Source: an uncultured Clostridia bacterium
GTDB taxonomy: Bacteria > Bacillota > Clostridia > Oscillospirales > CAG-272
Assembly (NCBI GenBank): GCA_947586625.1
Contig: CANPXS010000003.1
Span: forward strand, 1 to 58,591
Length of the DNA stretch: 58,591 nucleotides
Reading direction: 5' to 3'
Position 1 is the stretch's first letter. Every line of letters starts with the position of its first letter. A program made the translations under genes and the position numbers. Positions 9,359-19,549 of this stretch are shown here, one piece after another. Under the pieces are notes generated by a model. The model saw only the letters and a list, made by a program, of their open reading frames with translations, did no database searches and was not told the origin of the DNA.

Positions 9359-11041
9359 ATGTTGAAGTCGCTGCACATAGAAAATATAGCCGTCATAAAG
9401 CGTCTCGACCTTGAGTTTTCGCCGGGCTTCACCGTGTTCACGGGCGAGACGGGCGCGGGCAAATCGGTCATAATCGACGCGATATCGCTCGTGTCGGGCG
9501 CGAAGGCGCAGCCGCAGCTGATACGCACGGGCGAGAGCGCGGCGAAGGTGACGGCGCTGTTTACCGATATCGACGAAAGATCCGCCACAGCGATTTCGGC
9601 GGCGGGCATAGACGTCGTCGACGGCGAGCTTGAGATAGAGCGCACGGTGACGTCTGACGGCAAGAGCACGGCGCGCATAAACGGCAGGTCGACCTCGCAA
9701 TCGGCGCTTCGTCGTGCGTCGTCGTATCTGTTGTCGATAAACGGTCAGAGCGAGAGTCTGTCACTTAAAACTCCCGAAGCGCAGCTTGCGCTGATAGACG
9801 AATACGCGTGCGACGCGGACGAGCTGTCCGCGTATGCGTCGTCGTATGAGCGGTATGCGGCGGCAAGGTCGTCGCTCGACGAGCTCGAACGTCTGTCGCG
9901 CGAGGGCGCGCTCGCTGCCGATCTTTTGTCGTATCAGGTGAAGGAGATAGACGCGGCGAAGCTGAGCGCGGGCGAGGAAGAAGAGCTGACGATGGAGCGT
10001 GCGCGCATACGCTCGGGCGAGAAGATAACGAAGCTGGCGAATTTCGTATACCGCGCCGCGTACCAGAACGAAAAGGGCGCGTCGGCGTCGTATCTTGCGG
10101 AGCGTGCGGCGTCCGCGATGGAGCAGCTCCGCGAGTATTCACAGAGCGCTGCCGAGGACGCGGAAAAGCTGCGCTCCATATCGTATGAGCTTGAGGACAT
10201 AGCGCGCAGGACGTATCAGACGTTCGATCTCGGCGGCGCCTCCGACGACGACAGGGAGAGCAGGCTCGAGGAGATCGAGGACCGTCTCGACGCGATAAAA
10301 AGACTCGAACGCAAGTACGGGCGCGACATCGAATCAGTGCTTGCCCACCGGGACGAGGCAAAGCGCAAGCTCGACTCGATAGAGAATAACGAGGAGAGGG
10401 GTGCGGAGGCGCGCGAGGCGCTCGCCAAAGCCGAGGCGGAGGCGAACGTGTGCGCGGACGCGTTGTCAAATGTGCGCAGGGAAGCGTCCGCGCGCATGAC
10501 GGAAGAGATATGCGGCGTGCTCGCGGAGCTCGATATGCCGAAGGTCAAAATAGAGGTGCGGTTCACGGATTGTCCGCTTTCGCCGTGCGGACGCGAGACG
10601 GCGGAGATATACATCTCCGCGAACGCGGGCGAGGACGTGAAACCGCTCGCGCTTACGGCGAGCGGAGGCGAGCTGTCGCGCGTTATGCTGGCGATAAAGA
10701 GCGTGCAGAATGACAGCTCGGGCGAGGGCGCCATCATCTACGACGAGATCGACACGGGCGTGTCGGGGTCGACGTCGGGCAAGATAGGGCGCAAGCTGCG
10801 CGACGCGTCGTCGAGGACGCAGATATTATGCGTCACGCATTCGGCGCAGATCGCGGCGCTCGCGGACACGCACCTGTTTGTGCGCAAATCGGAGCGCGAC
10901 GGCAGGACGGAGACGTCGGTGCGCGAGCTCACGGGTGAGGACAAGATTGACGAGATCGCGCGCATAATAGGCGGCATCAATGTAACGGAGACACAGAAAA
11001 AAGCTGCCCGCGAGCTAATCGCCGAGGGCGAATCAAAGTAA
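9359..11041 (+). CDS. recN: DNA repair protein RecN
   Basis: TGETGAGKS, ASGGELSRVMLA, YDEIDTGVSG, CVTHSAQIAA. Confidence 0.97.
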   Translation: MLKSLHIENIAVIKRLDLEFSPGFTVFTGETGAGKSVIIDAISLVSGAKAQPQLIRTGESAAKVTALFTDIDERSATAISAAGIDVVDGELEIERTVTSDGKSTARINGRSTSQSALRRASSYLLSINGQSESLSLKTPEAQLALIDEYACDADELSAYASSYERYAAARSSLDELERLSREGALAADLLSYQVKEIDAAKLSAGEEEELTMERARIRSGEKITKLANFVYRAAYQNEKGASASYLAERAASAMEQLREYSQSAAEDAEKLRSISYELEDIARRTYQTFDLGGASDDDRESRLEEIEDRLDAIKRLERKYGRDIESVLAHRDEAKRKLDSIENNEERGAEAREALAKAEAEANVCADALSNVRREASARMTEEICGVLAELDMPKVKIEVRFTDCPLSPCGRETAEIYISANAGEDVKPLALTASGGELSRVMLAIKSVQNDSSGEGAIIYDEIDTGVSGSTSGKIGRKLRDASSRTQILCVTHSAQIAALADTHLFVRKSERDGRTETSVRELTGEDKIDEIARIIGGINVTETQKKAARELIAEGESK

Positions 11042-11073
11042 AAAAGTAAAGACTGATCGAAAGGAAAACTGTT

Positions 11074-12297
11074 ATGGGAATTTATGAAGAGCTGCGCGCG
11101 AGGGGACTTATCGCGCAGGTTACGAACGAGGACGAGATACGCGAGATGTTGAACGCGGGCAAGGCGACGTTCTACATCGGTTTCGACTGCACGGCGGACA
11201 GTCTGACCGCGGGTCATTTTATGGCGCTGACGCTGATGAAGCGGCTGCAGCAGGCGGGCAACCGTCCTATCGCGCTTATAGGCGGCGGCACGACGATGAT
11301 AGGCGACCCGTCGGGACGCTCCGATATGCGGCGTATGCTGACGAAGGAGAACATCGACCACAACGCCGAGTGCTTCCGCCGTCAGATGGAGAAGTTCATC
11401 GAGTTCGGACCCGGCAAGGCGATGATGCTCAACAACGCCGACTGGCTAATGGATCTCAACTATATCGAGCTTTTGCGCGAGGTCGGCGCGTGCTTCTCGG
11501 TCAACAACATGCTGCGCGCCGAATGCTACAAGCAGCGCATGGAGAAGGGGCTGTCGTTCCTCGAATTCAACTACATGATAATGCAGTCCTACGACTTCTA
11601 TCATCTCTACAAGACGTACGGCTGCAACATGCAGTTCGGCGGCGACGATCAGTGGTCGAATATGCTCGGCGGTACCGAGCTTATACGCCGCAAGCTCGGC
11701 GCGGACGCGCACGCCATGACGATAACGCTGCTGACTGATTCGCAGGGGCACAAGATGGGTAAGACTGCGGGCAACGCCGTATGGCTCGATCCGAACAAGA
11801 CGAGCCCGTTCGATTTCTACCAATACTGGCGCAACGTGGGCGATGCCGACGTGCTCAAATGCATACGCATGCTGACGTTCCTGCCGCTCGAACAGATAGA
11901 CGAGATGGACAAGTGGGAAGGCTCAGAACTCAACCGCGCGAAGGAGATACTCGCGTATGAGCTGACAAAGCTCGTACACGGCGTGGACGAGGCCGACAAG
12001 GCGCAGGCGGCGGCGAAGTCGGTGTTCGGCGGCGCGGGAACTTCTGAGGACATGCCTACGACGGAGCTGTCGAATGAAGATTTCACCGACGGAAAGATCG
12101 GCGTGCTCGACATGATGATAAAGGGCGGGCTTGCGCCGTCGCGCAGAGAGGCGCGGACGCTTGTCGTTCAGGGCGGCGTGCTCCTTGACGGCGAAAAGGT
12201 CGCGGACGCGAATATGCAGGTGGAAATTGAGCGTTTCGCGGACGGAGTCGTTATCAAAAAGGGAAAGAAAACATATCATAAATATACGGTAAAATGA
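11074..12297 (+). CDS. tyrS: Tyrosine--tRNA ligase
   Basis: YIGFDCTADSLTAGH, QFGGDDQWSN, KMGKT, C-terminal S4 domain. Confidence 0.97.
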   Translation: MGIYEELRARGLIAQVTNEDEIREMLNAGKATFYIGFDCTADSLTAGHFMALTLMKRLQQAGNRPIALIGGGTTMIGDPSGRSDMRRMLTKENIDHNAECFRRQMEKFIEFGPGKAMMLNNADWLMDLNYIELLREVGACFSVNNMLRAECYKQRMEKGLSFLEFNYMIMQSYDFYHLYKTYGCNMQFGGDDQWSNMLGGTELIRRKLGADAHAMTITLLTDSQGHKMGKTAGNAVWLDPNKTSPFDFYQYWRNVGDADVLKCIRMLTFLPLEQIDEMDKWEGSELNRAKEILAYELTKLVHGVDEADKAQAAAKSVFGGAGTSEDMPTTELSNEDFTDGKIGVLDMMIKGGLAPSRREARTLVVQGGVLLDGEKVADANMQVEIERFADGVVIKKGKKTYHKYTVK

Positions 12298-13004
12298 AAA
12301 AGTACGACACGATACTGTTCGACGCCGACGGGACGCTGTTTGACTTTGACAGTTCCGAGGCGAACGCGGTCGGCGAAGTCCTGACGATATGCGGACTGCC
12401 GTCGGACAAAGCGACGGTGGAGCTCTATCACCGCATAAACGATGCGGAATGGAAGGCGCTCGAACGCGGCGAGACGACGCGCGACAGGCTCAAGGTCGAC
12501 AGATTCGCAAAGCTTAAATCGGCGCTCGCCGAACGCGGCGTTTTGACACCGTCGACGGAGAGGGAGATGTGCGATTTATACGCGGAGCGTCTGTCGCAGC
12601 AGTGCATAATGGTAGACGGTGCGGTCGAAGTCTGCGAGAGGCTGTCGCGCACACATTCGCTCTACATCATAACGAACGGCATAACGCACGTTCAGAAAAG
12701 CCGCTTTTCGCGCTCGCCGATAACGAAGTATTTCGGAAGAATGTTCATTTCCGATGAGATGGGGTCAGTCAAGCCGGAGCGCAGATTTTTTGAGCTCGTG
12801 TTCGATGCGCTCGGCATGACGCCGGACGAAGCGGCGGCGCGCTGTCTCGTCGTCGGCGACTCGCTGACGAGCGACATCAAGGGCGCGGAGGCGGCGGGGC
12901 TCGATTCGTGCCTTTACGCTCCGTGCGGAGCTGCTGCGGGCGACGTCACGCCGACATACACGATATCGTCGCTCTACGAACTGTACGGTATACTCGGAGG
13001 CTGA
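12294..13004 (+). CDS. HAD-family YjjG-like pyrimidine nucleotidase
   Basis: LFDADGTLFDF, ITNG..HVQKSR, KP, VGDSLTSDIKG. Confidence 0.88.
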   Translation: MKKYDTILFDADGTLFDFDSSEANAVGEVLTICGLPSDKATVELYHRINDAEWKALERGETTRDRLKVDRFAKLKSALAERGVLTPSTEREMCDLYAERLSQQCIMVDGAVEVCERLSRTHSLYIITNGITHVQKSRFSRSPITKYFGRMFISDEMGSVKPERRFFELVFDALGMTPDEAAARCLVVGDSLTSDIKGAEAAGLDSCLYAPCGAAAGDVTPTYTISSLYELYGILGG

Positions 13005-13005
13005 T

Positions 13006-13911
13006 TTGGATATAGGATCACTGAAATCGTTTCTCGACGAACGCGCCGATGAATACGAATACACCGCCGATGCGGACGCGTCGGAGCTCACGAGCTTCAG
13101 ATGCGGCGGCAAGGTCAGACTTGCGGTAAGTCCGAAAAGCATGTGGTCGCTGTGCGCGCTTTTGCGGGCTTTGACGGAGGCATGCATCCGCCACGACGTT
13201 ATAGGTCTCGGCACGAATGTGCTCGTCGACGATGACGGTTATGACGGCGTGCTTGTGATAACGTCGCTCATGACGGAGCTGACGATCGACGGCGAGATGC
13301 TTACAGCCGAGTGCGGGCGCGGCATAACGTCGTGCGCGTCGGCGGCGCAGAAGGCGGGGCTGTCGGGATTTTCGTTCGCGTACGGCATACCGGGCAGCGT
13401 AGGCGGCGCGGTCGCGATGAACGCGGGCGCGTACGGCGGCGAGATATCGGATATAATATTGTCGGCAGACTGCTGGGACGTCGGAGAACGGCGAATAGTC
13501 ACGCTTGACCGCGGCGCACTGTCGCTCGGCTACCGCGACAGCGTTATAAGGCGCGGCGGGCTCGTCGTTTTGTCGGCGAAGTTCGGACTGCAAAAAGGCG
13601 ATCCCGACGCGATATTTGCCGAGATGACGGACTTTATGAACCGCCGCCGCGAGAAGCAGCCGCTTTTGTATCCGAGCGCGGGCAGCGTGTTCAAGCGCGC
13701 GCCCGGTCACTTCACAGGCAAGCTGATAGAGGACGCGGGTCTTAAAGGCGTGCGCATCGGCGGCGCAGAGGTATCGGAAAAGCACGCGGGATTCATAATC
13801 AACAAAGGCGGCGCGACGGCGGGCGACGTGAAAGCACTCGTCGAGCTCGTGACGTCGCGCGTATATGAAAAGTTCGGCGTTATGCTCGAACGGGAGATAA
13901 TATATCTATGA
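13006..13911 (+). CDS. murB: UDP-N-acetylmuramate dehydrogenase (TTG start)
   Basis: TSFRCGG, GIPGSVGGAVAMNAGAYGGE, KQPL.YPSAGSVFK, VSEKHAGFIIN. Confidence 0.95.
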   Translation: MDIGSLKSFLDERADEYEYTADADASELTSFRCGGKVRLAVSPKSMWSLCALLRALTEACIRHDVIGLGTNVLVDDDGYDGVLVITSLMTELTIDGEMLTAECGRGITSCASAAQKAGLSGFSFAYGIPGSVGGAVAMNAGAYGGEISDIILSADCWDVGERRIVTLDRGALSLGYRDSVIRRGGLVVLSAKFGLQKGDPDAIFAEMTDFMNRRREKQPLLYPSAGSVFKRAPGHFTGKLIEDAGLKGVRIGGAEVSEKHAGFIINKGGATAGDVKALVELVTSRVYEKFGVMLEREIIYL

Positions 13912-14687
13912 GTTCGTATTCGCGTTCGGTCAAATCGGACATGATGGCGGTGAGGCTGAAAAACGACTGCTGCCGCGTTAACACGGCGCGGACGATTTTG
14001 ACGTGCGCGCCGGAGCTGCGTTTCCGCGACGCGGAGATCGCATCGTATGCGGCGGCGGTATCGGACGGCGTAGATGACTCTGACGTGGGCGAGCTGTGCG
14101 ACATGTCGCGGCTACGGTGCGCGGGCTGCCGCGCGTCGATACTGCGCGGCATATTCATCGCGTCGGGTTCGGTGTCTGACCCTGCGTCGAAGGAGCTGAA
14201 TCTCGATTTGTCGTTGCACGGAGAGGCAGCGGACAAGGTAGAGGCTGTCGTGCGCGCGTTCGGATTTGATTTCAGACGGCGCATGAGGCGCGGAAGTGTG
14301 GTGCTTTACCTTAAATCCGCGGACGCGATAGGCGGATTTTTCGCCGCCGCGGGAGTAAACCGCGTTCTTTTCGACATATCGAACGCGGGGCTCGTATCGG
14401 ATGTGGCGAACTTTGTCAACAGGCGCTCGAACGCGGACATGTTCAATCTTCGCCGCGCGACGGACGCGTCGGAGCGCGTCTGCGACGCGATACGCGCGCT
14501 CGAATGTGCGGGGCGCCTCGATATGCTCGGCGACGAGCTTTATGAAACGGCGATGCTGCGGCTCGAAAATCCCGAGCTGTCGCTGTCGCAGCTGGCGGCG
14601 ATATCGCCGACGCATATATCGAAGCCGGCGCTGTCGTCAAGACTGCGGCGGATAGAGGAGATCGCGGCGGAGGCGATGAAGGAATAA
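13908..14687 (+). CDS. whiA: DNA-binding protein WhiA (shortened, divergent)
   Basis: SYS..VK N-terminus, LRGIFIASGSVSDP, LYLK, NR..NAD..N, LRLENPELSLSQL, SK....SRLRRI. Confidence 0.85.
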   Translation: MSSYSRSVKSDMMAVRLKNDCCRVNTARTILTCAPELRFRDAEIASYAAAVSDGVDDSDVGELCDMSRLRCAGCRASILRGIFIASGSVSDPASKELNLDLSLHGEAADKVEAVVRAFGFDFRRRMRRGSVVLYLKSADAIGGFFAAAGVNRVLFDISNAGLVSDVANFVNRRSNADMFNLRRATDASERVCDAIRALECAGRLDMLGDELYETAMLRLENPELSLSQLAAISPTHISKPALSSRLRRIEEIAAEAMKE

Positions 14688-14751
14688 GTGAAAAGAAAAT
14701 GACATCGAATTCGGAGGCGGCTGTGTCATTCGCTTTCGTGAGAAACTTGAA

Positions 14752-15360
14752 ATGGCAAATTTGATCGTTATATGCGGACCGCAGGCTGTCGGCAAAATGA
14801 GTGTCGCGGAATCGTTGCGGGACAAGCTGAAATACAATCTGATGCTGAATCACGACAGCATTGAAATATCCGATAAAATTTTCGGGTTCGCAACGCCGGC
14901 GCAGAAAGAATTTAACGCCGCTTTCCGCAGGACGGCGTTTGAAACTGCCGTAAAGTACGGCGTTGATTTGATTTTTACTTATGTATGCGCGTTTGAATCG
15001 CCTGATGAAAGAAAGTATTTGTCCATATTGGAGCGGCTTTTTACCGAGTCGGGCGGGAATTTTTATTTTGTCGAGTTGAGCGCGGACATAAAAGTACGGC
15101 TTTTGCGCAACGAGACGCCGTACAGACTGGAGCGAAAGCCGTCGAAGCGAAACATCGAGTGGAGCCGGGCAAATCTTCTTCGGGACGCGGAGCGGCACAA
15201 GCTGAATTCGGACGAGGGAGAGATGTGGTTTGAGAATCATATCAAGATCGACAACACAGATCTTTCGCCGGGCGAGGTCGCAGATATCATAATAGACAAG
15301 TACGGTCTTGCCGCAAACGAAAGGGAAGACAGGGAATACCGCTTCGGAGCGGATATATAA
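14752..15360 (+). CDS. P-loop AAA/shikimate-kinase-like protein
   Basis: ICGPQAVGKMSVA, NHDSIE, FVELSAD...RL.RNETP.RL..KPSKR. Confidence 0.8.
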   Translation: MANLIVICGPQAVGKMSVAESLRDKLKYNLMLNHDSIEISDKIFGFATPAQKEFNAAFRRTAFETAVKYGVDLIFTYVCAFESPDERKYLSILERLFTESGGNFYFVELSADIKVRLLRNETPYRLERKPSKRNIEWSRANLLRDAERHKLNSDEGEMWFENHIKIDNTDLSPGEVADIIIDKYGLAANEREDREYRFGADI

Positions 15361-15456
15361 GCATGCGCGTACTATACGGCGGCGAAATTTCCGGGGAAAT
15401 AATATCCGACGTTGAAAAATATATAGTTCACTGAAAATACAAGGGAGGGCGCGCGC

Positions 15457-18400
15457 GTGGATTTCGTGCATCTTCATTTACACAGCGAATACAGTCTGCT
15501 CGACGGCGCGTGCCGCGTCGCCTATATACCGAAGCTCGCAAAAGCGGAGGGACACAGCGCCGTTGCGATAACGGACCACGGCGTCATGTACGGCGTCGTT
15601 GAGTTTTACCGCGCGTGCGTCGCGGAAGGGATAAAGCCCATAATCGGATGCGAGGTATACGTCGCGCCGGGGTCGCGGTTCGACAAGGGACCGGGTACGG
15701 CGCCGCCGTCGCATCTCGTGCTTTTGTGCAAGAACGAGACGGGATATAAGAACCTCATGCGCATAGTGTCGCTTTCGTGGACGGAGGGATTTTACTCAAA
15801 GCCGCGCGTCGACACGGAGCTTTTGCGCGAGTATCACGACGGGCTCATCGCGCTTTCGGCGTGTCTGTCGGGCGCGATACCGCGCGCCGTCGTGTCGGGA
15901 GATTACGAATACGCGGAGCGTCTCGCAGTCGAGTATGATGCTATGTTCGGTAGAGGCAGTTTTTATCTTGAACTGCAAAATCACGGCATAGACGAGCAGG
16001 AAACTGTGAATGATGCGCTGTGCGACATCGCGGCGCGGACAGGCATACCGCTCGCCGCGACAAACGACGTTCACTATCCGCGCCGTGCCGACGCCGACAC
16101 GCAGGCGATCCTGACTTGCATCGGCACGAACAGCGTCATAACGGACGGCAGACCGCTCGGGTTTGACACGGACGAGTTTTACTATAAGTCTACGGCGGAG
16201 ATGGAGCGATTGTTCGGCGGCATCGACGGCGGCAGTCCGATATCGAACACGGTGAAGATAGCGGAGATGTGCTCGCTCGAAATGAAATTCGACAAGCTGT
16301 ATATGCCGCGCTTTCCGTTCACGAACGGCGTCGATCCGACAAAGTTCCTCACCGACAAGACGTGGGCGGGCCTGCAAGAGCGGGTCGGGCGCGGTCACAT
16401 CGTATACGACGAAACGTACACGGAGAGCGATTATAGGAGCCGCGTTGAGTACGAGCTGTCGGTCATATCGGGCATGGGATACAGCGAATACTATCTCATC
16501 GTCGCCGATTTTATCGCATTTGCGAAGGGGCGCGATATACCGGTCGGACCGGGGCGCGGCAGCGGCGCGGGCAGTCTTGTCGCGTATCTCATCGGAATAA
16601 CGGACATCGACCCGCTGCGGTTCGGGCTTCTGTTTGAGCGGTTCCTCAATCCGGAGCGCAAGAGCATGCCGGATTTTGACGTCGATTTCTGCTACGACAG
16701 GCGCGACGAGGTGATAGAGTATGTGCGCGAAAAGTACGGGCGCGACCACGTTGCGCAGATAATCACGTTCGGCACGATGGCGGCGCGCGCCGCCGTGCGC
16801 GACGTCGGGCGTGCGCTCGGCATGGCGTACGGCGACGTCGACCGTGTGGCGCGGCTCATTCCGCGCACGCTCGGTGTGACGCTCGCGGACGCTATGAAGG
16901 AGGCGGAGCTGCGCGAGCTATACGACGGCTCGCAGCAGGTGAAAAAGCTCATCGACACGGCGACGGCGATAGAGGGCATGCCGCGCCATGCGTCGACGCA
17001 CGCGGCGGGCGTCGTTATCACGGGCGAGCTGTTATACGACATCGTTCCGCTGTCGGTCAACGGCGGCATCGTCGTCACTCAGTTCGACATGGACACGGCG
17101 GCGCTCGTGGGTCTTGTCAAATTCGATTTTCTCGCACTGCGATATATCACGGTCGTGTATAACGCCGTGCGGAGGATAAAGGAACGCGAACCCGATTTTG
17201 ATATCGCGCTCATACCGAAGGACGACGCCGACACTATGAAGATGATAGCGTCCGGCGACACGAACGGAGTCTTCCAGCTCGAAAGCCCCGGAATGAAGCG
17301 CACGCTGACGGAGCTGTCGCCGGAGTATCTTTCCGATATAATCGCCGCGATAGCGCTGTTCCGACCGGGACCGATGGACAGCATACCGCAGTATGTACAG
17401 CGCCGTCACGGCGAGGGAACGCTAAAATACACGCATCCGGCGCTCGTCGAGATATTGCGCGAGACGTACGGCTGCATCGTGTATCAGGAGCAGGTCATGC
17501 AGATATTCCGCGACGTCGCGGGATATTCGCTCGCCCGCGCGGACACGGTGCTTCATGCGATGAAAAAGAAAAAGGCCGCCGAGCTCGAAGCGGAGCGCGG
17601 CAGCTTCATAGACGGCGCCGTCGAGCGCGGCATGACGCGTGAGGAGGCAAACGGGCTTTTCGACGATATGGCGTCGTTTTCGAGTTACGCGTTCAACAAG
17701 AGCCATGCGGCAGCGTATGCGGTCGTCGCGTACGAGACGGCGTATCTGAAGCGCCATTACAAAAAGGAGTATTTCGCGTCGCTGCTCGACTCGGTGCTCG
17801 GCTGGGAGTCGTCGACGGCGGAATATATCGCCGAATGTGAAAGAAGCGGCATCGCGGTCGTGCCGCCGAATATAAACGAGAGCCGCGCCGATTACACTGT
17901 CGGCGATTACGGCATAAGGTACGGCCTTGCCGCGCTCAAGGGGCTCGGCAGGCAGTTCATAGACGAGATAGTGCGCGAGCGCACAGAAAACGGACCGTTC
18001 AAGTCGTTCTCGGATTTTGCTGAGCGCATGGCGGAGCACGACATGAACAAGCGTCAGGTAGAGGCGCTCATCAAGAGCGGCGCGTTCGACATGCTCGGTC
18101 AGAGGCGGTCGCAGCTTCTTATGTCATATGAGGAGATAATCGACGGCGTACACGACAAACAGCGCAGAGGCGTGTCGGGTCAGCTCGATATGTTTGCTGC
18201 GGCGAGGTCGGAGGGGACGGCGGCTCCCGAATTCGTTTACCCCGATGTGCCGGAGCTGCCGCGCGCGAAGCTGCTCGAACTCGAAAAGGAAGTGTCGGGC
18301 ATGTACTTTTCGGGCCACATACTCGACGACTATGAAAAGGAATGTGAAGATGTCGAGCATGAGCCGATAGCGGCGATATCGGGCGGCGGAAACGGCGGCA

Positions 18401-19050
18401 TTGACGAAAACGACGACGGCGGGGAAGAAAGCGATGATGCCGGTGACGGTGCGCGCAGCCGCGACGGCGAAAAGGTCACGCTGATAGGGATAATAACGAA
18501 GCGAACGCCGAAGCAGACGCGGCGCGGCGAGCAGATGATGTTCCTCGTGCTCCAGGATAAAACGGGCGAGATAGAGGTCGTCGTGTTCCCACGTATGCTG
18601 CACGAATACATGGATGTGATAATGTCGGACGCGCCGATCACGGTGTCGGGCGAAGTCTCGGTCGAGGACGACAAAGCGCCGAAGATACTTCTGAATCACG
18701 CGGCGACGCTCGTCTCCGCGTCGACAGATAAAGTGAAAGCAAATCCGCAGACGATACCGCAGGCGGCGCAGCGTCCTATACATCCGCAGGCGGCGAACGC
18801 ATTTGTGTCAAAGCTTTATCTGCGCGTTCCAAGCACGTCGAGCGTCGAATATAAGCGCGCGTGCGCGCTCGTAGAGATATTCTGCGGCTATGTGCCCGTG
18901 TTCATTTTCGATTCGTCTGTGGGCAAATATACGCGTTTTCACGCGGGTGCGGACATGACGGAGCCGCGGCTTTTATCGGAGCTGTGTCACGTTCTCGGCG
19001 AAGAAAACGTCGTTGCGAAACAGTCACGACGTGACGGCGTCGCAGAGTAG
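15457..19050 (+). CDS. dnaE: DNA polymerase III alpha subunit
   Basis: FVHLHLHSEYSLLDGA, AITDHG, GPGRGSGAGSLVAY, FERFLNPER.SMPDFDVDF, YAFNKSHAAAY; no intein seen. Confidence 0.97.
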   Translation: MDFVHLHLHSEYSLLDGACRVAYIPKLAKAEGHSAVAITDHGVMYGVVEFYRACVAEGIKPIIGCEVYVAPGSRFDKGPGTAPPSHLVLLCKNETGYKNLMRIVSLSWTEGFYSKPRVDTELLREYHDGLIALSACLSGAIPRAVVSGDYEYAERLAVEYDAMFGRGSFYLELQNHGIDEQETVNDALCDIAARTGIPLAATNDVHYPRRADADTQAILTCIGTNSVITDGRPLGFDTDEFYYKSTAEMERLFGGIDGGSPISNTVKIAEMCSLEMKFDKLYMPRFPFTNGVDPTKFLTDKTWAGLQERVGRGHIVYDETYTESDYRSRVEYELSVISGMGYSEYYLIVADFIAFAKGRDIPVGPGRGSGAGSLVAYLIGITDIDPLRFGLLFERFLNPERKSMPDFDVDFCYDRRDEVIEYVREKYGRDHVAQIITFGTMAARAAVRDVGRALGMAYGDVDRVARLIPRTLGVTLADAMKEAELRELYDGSQQVKKLIDTATAIEGMPRHASTHAAGVVITGELLYDIVPLSVNGGIVVTQFDMDTAALVGLVKFDFLALRYITVVYNAVRRIKEREPDFDIALIPKDDADTMKMIASGDTNGVFQLESPGMKRTLTELSPEYLSDIIAAIALFRPGPMDSIPQYVQRRHGEGTLKYTHPALVEILRETYGCIVYQEQVMQIFRDVAGYSLARADTVLHAMKKKKAAELEAERGSFIDGAVERGMTREEANGLFDDMASFSSYAFNKSHAAAYAVVAYETAYLKRHYKKEYFASLLDSVLGWESSTAEYIAECERSGIAVVPPNINESRADYTVGDYGIRYGLAALKGLGRQFIDEIVRERTENGPFKSFSDFAERMAEHDMNKRQVEALIKSGAFDMLGQRRSQLLMSYEEIIDGVHDKQRRGVSGQLDMFAAARSEGTAAPEFVYPDVPELPRAKLLELEKEVSGMYFSGHILDDYEKECEDVEHEPIAAISGGGNGGIDENDDGGEESDDAGDGARSRDGEKVTLIGIITKRTPKQTRRGEQMMFLVLQDKTGEIEVVVFPRMLHEYMDVIMSDAPITVSGEVSVEDDKAPKILLNHAATLVSASTDKVKANPQTIPQAAQRPIHPQAANAFVSKLYLRVPSTSSVEYKRACALVEIFCGYVPVFIFDSSVGKYTRFHAGADMTEPRLLSELCHVLGEENVVAKQSRRDGVAE

Positions 19051-19410
19051 CTCGAGCGTCTCAAGATCGCACTCGATTCCGGCAAAAAGCAGCTTCTGAA
19101 TATCCTCGGGAAGCGTGAAAACGAACACGTCGACGGTGTAGACGGGAGTTTCATTGCCGTCGGCAAAGACGCCTATCTTACCGTCGTGCTCGCGCACGAG
19201 AAATGTGTCGGCGTCGACGGTGGCGATCACTTCGAGCGCGTCGCGGTATATGTCGGCGTCGTCGGACGGCACAGACGGCACGACAGTTTCGGTCGCGGAG
19301 GCGGGTGTTGTGTCCGGCGCGTTGGCGGCGGCGGTGATCTTCTCGGTTCGCGGCGGGGCGAAGGACGCGGCCAGTATTATAAGGACGGTCAGCAGCAAAA
19401 GTTTTTTCAT
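19024..19410 (-). CDS. Secreted protein with BofC C-terminal-like domain
   Basis: Signal peptide MKKLLLL; FLVREHDGKIGVF...V..LPEDIQKLL..GI pattern; GAGGTG RBS; overlaps dnaE 3' end convergently. Confidence 0.65.
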   Translation of the reverse strand: MKKLLLLTVLIILAASFAPPRTEKITAAANAPDTTPASATETVVPSVPSDDADIYRDALEVIATVDADTFLVREHDGKIGVFADGNETPVYTVDVFVFTLPEDIQKLLFAGIECDLETLELLCDAVTS

Positions 19411-19549
19411 ATGCACCTCGGAAAAAAGTATTCGAAAATATTTTTGCCCGATTTTTGAAAATAATCCCGTTCTGTCACAAATTGTTCATAAATTCGGTGT
19501 ATAATATGCATATACACACATTTGACCTGAAAGGAGGAGTGAACGGCGC

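Noticed and set aside
18380-18470. Gly/Asp/Glu-rich insert in DnaE as a possible intein or frameshift
   Set aside because: Short in-frame low-complexity linker before the OB fold; no intein motifs.
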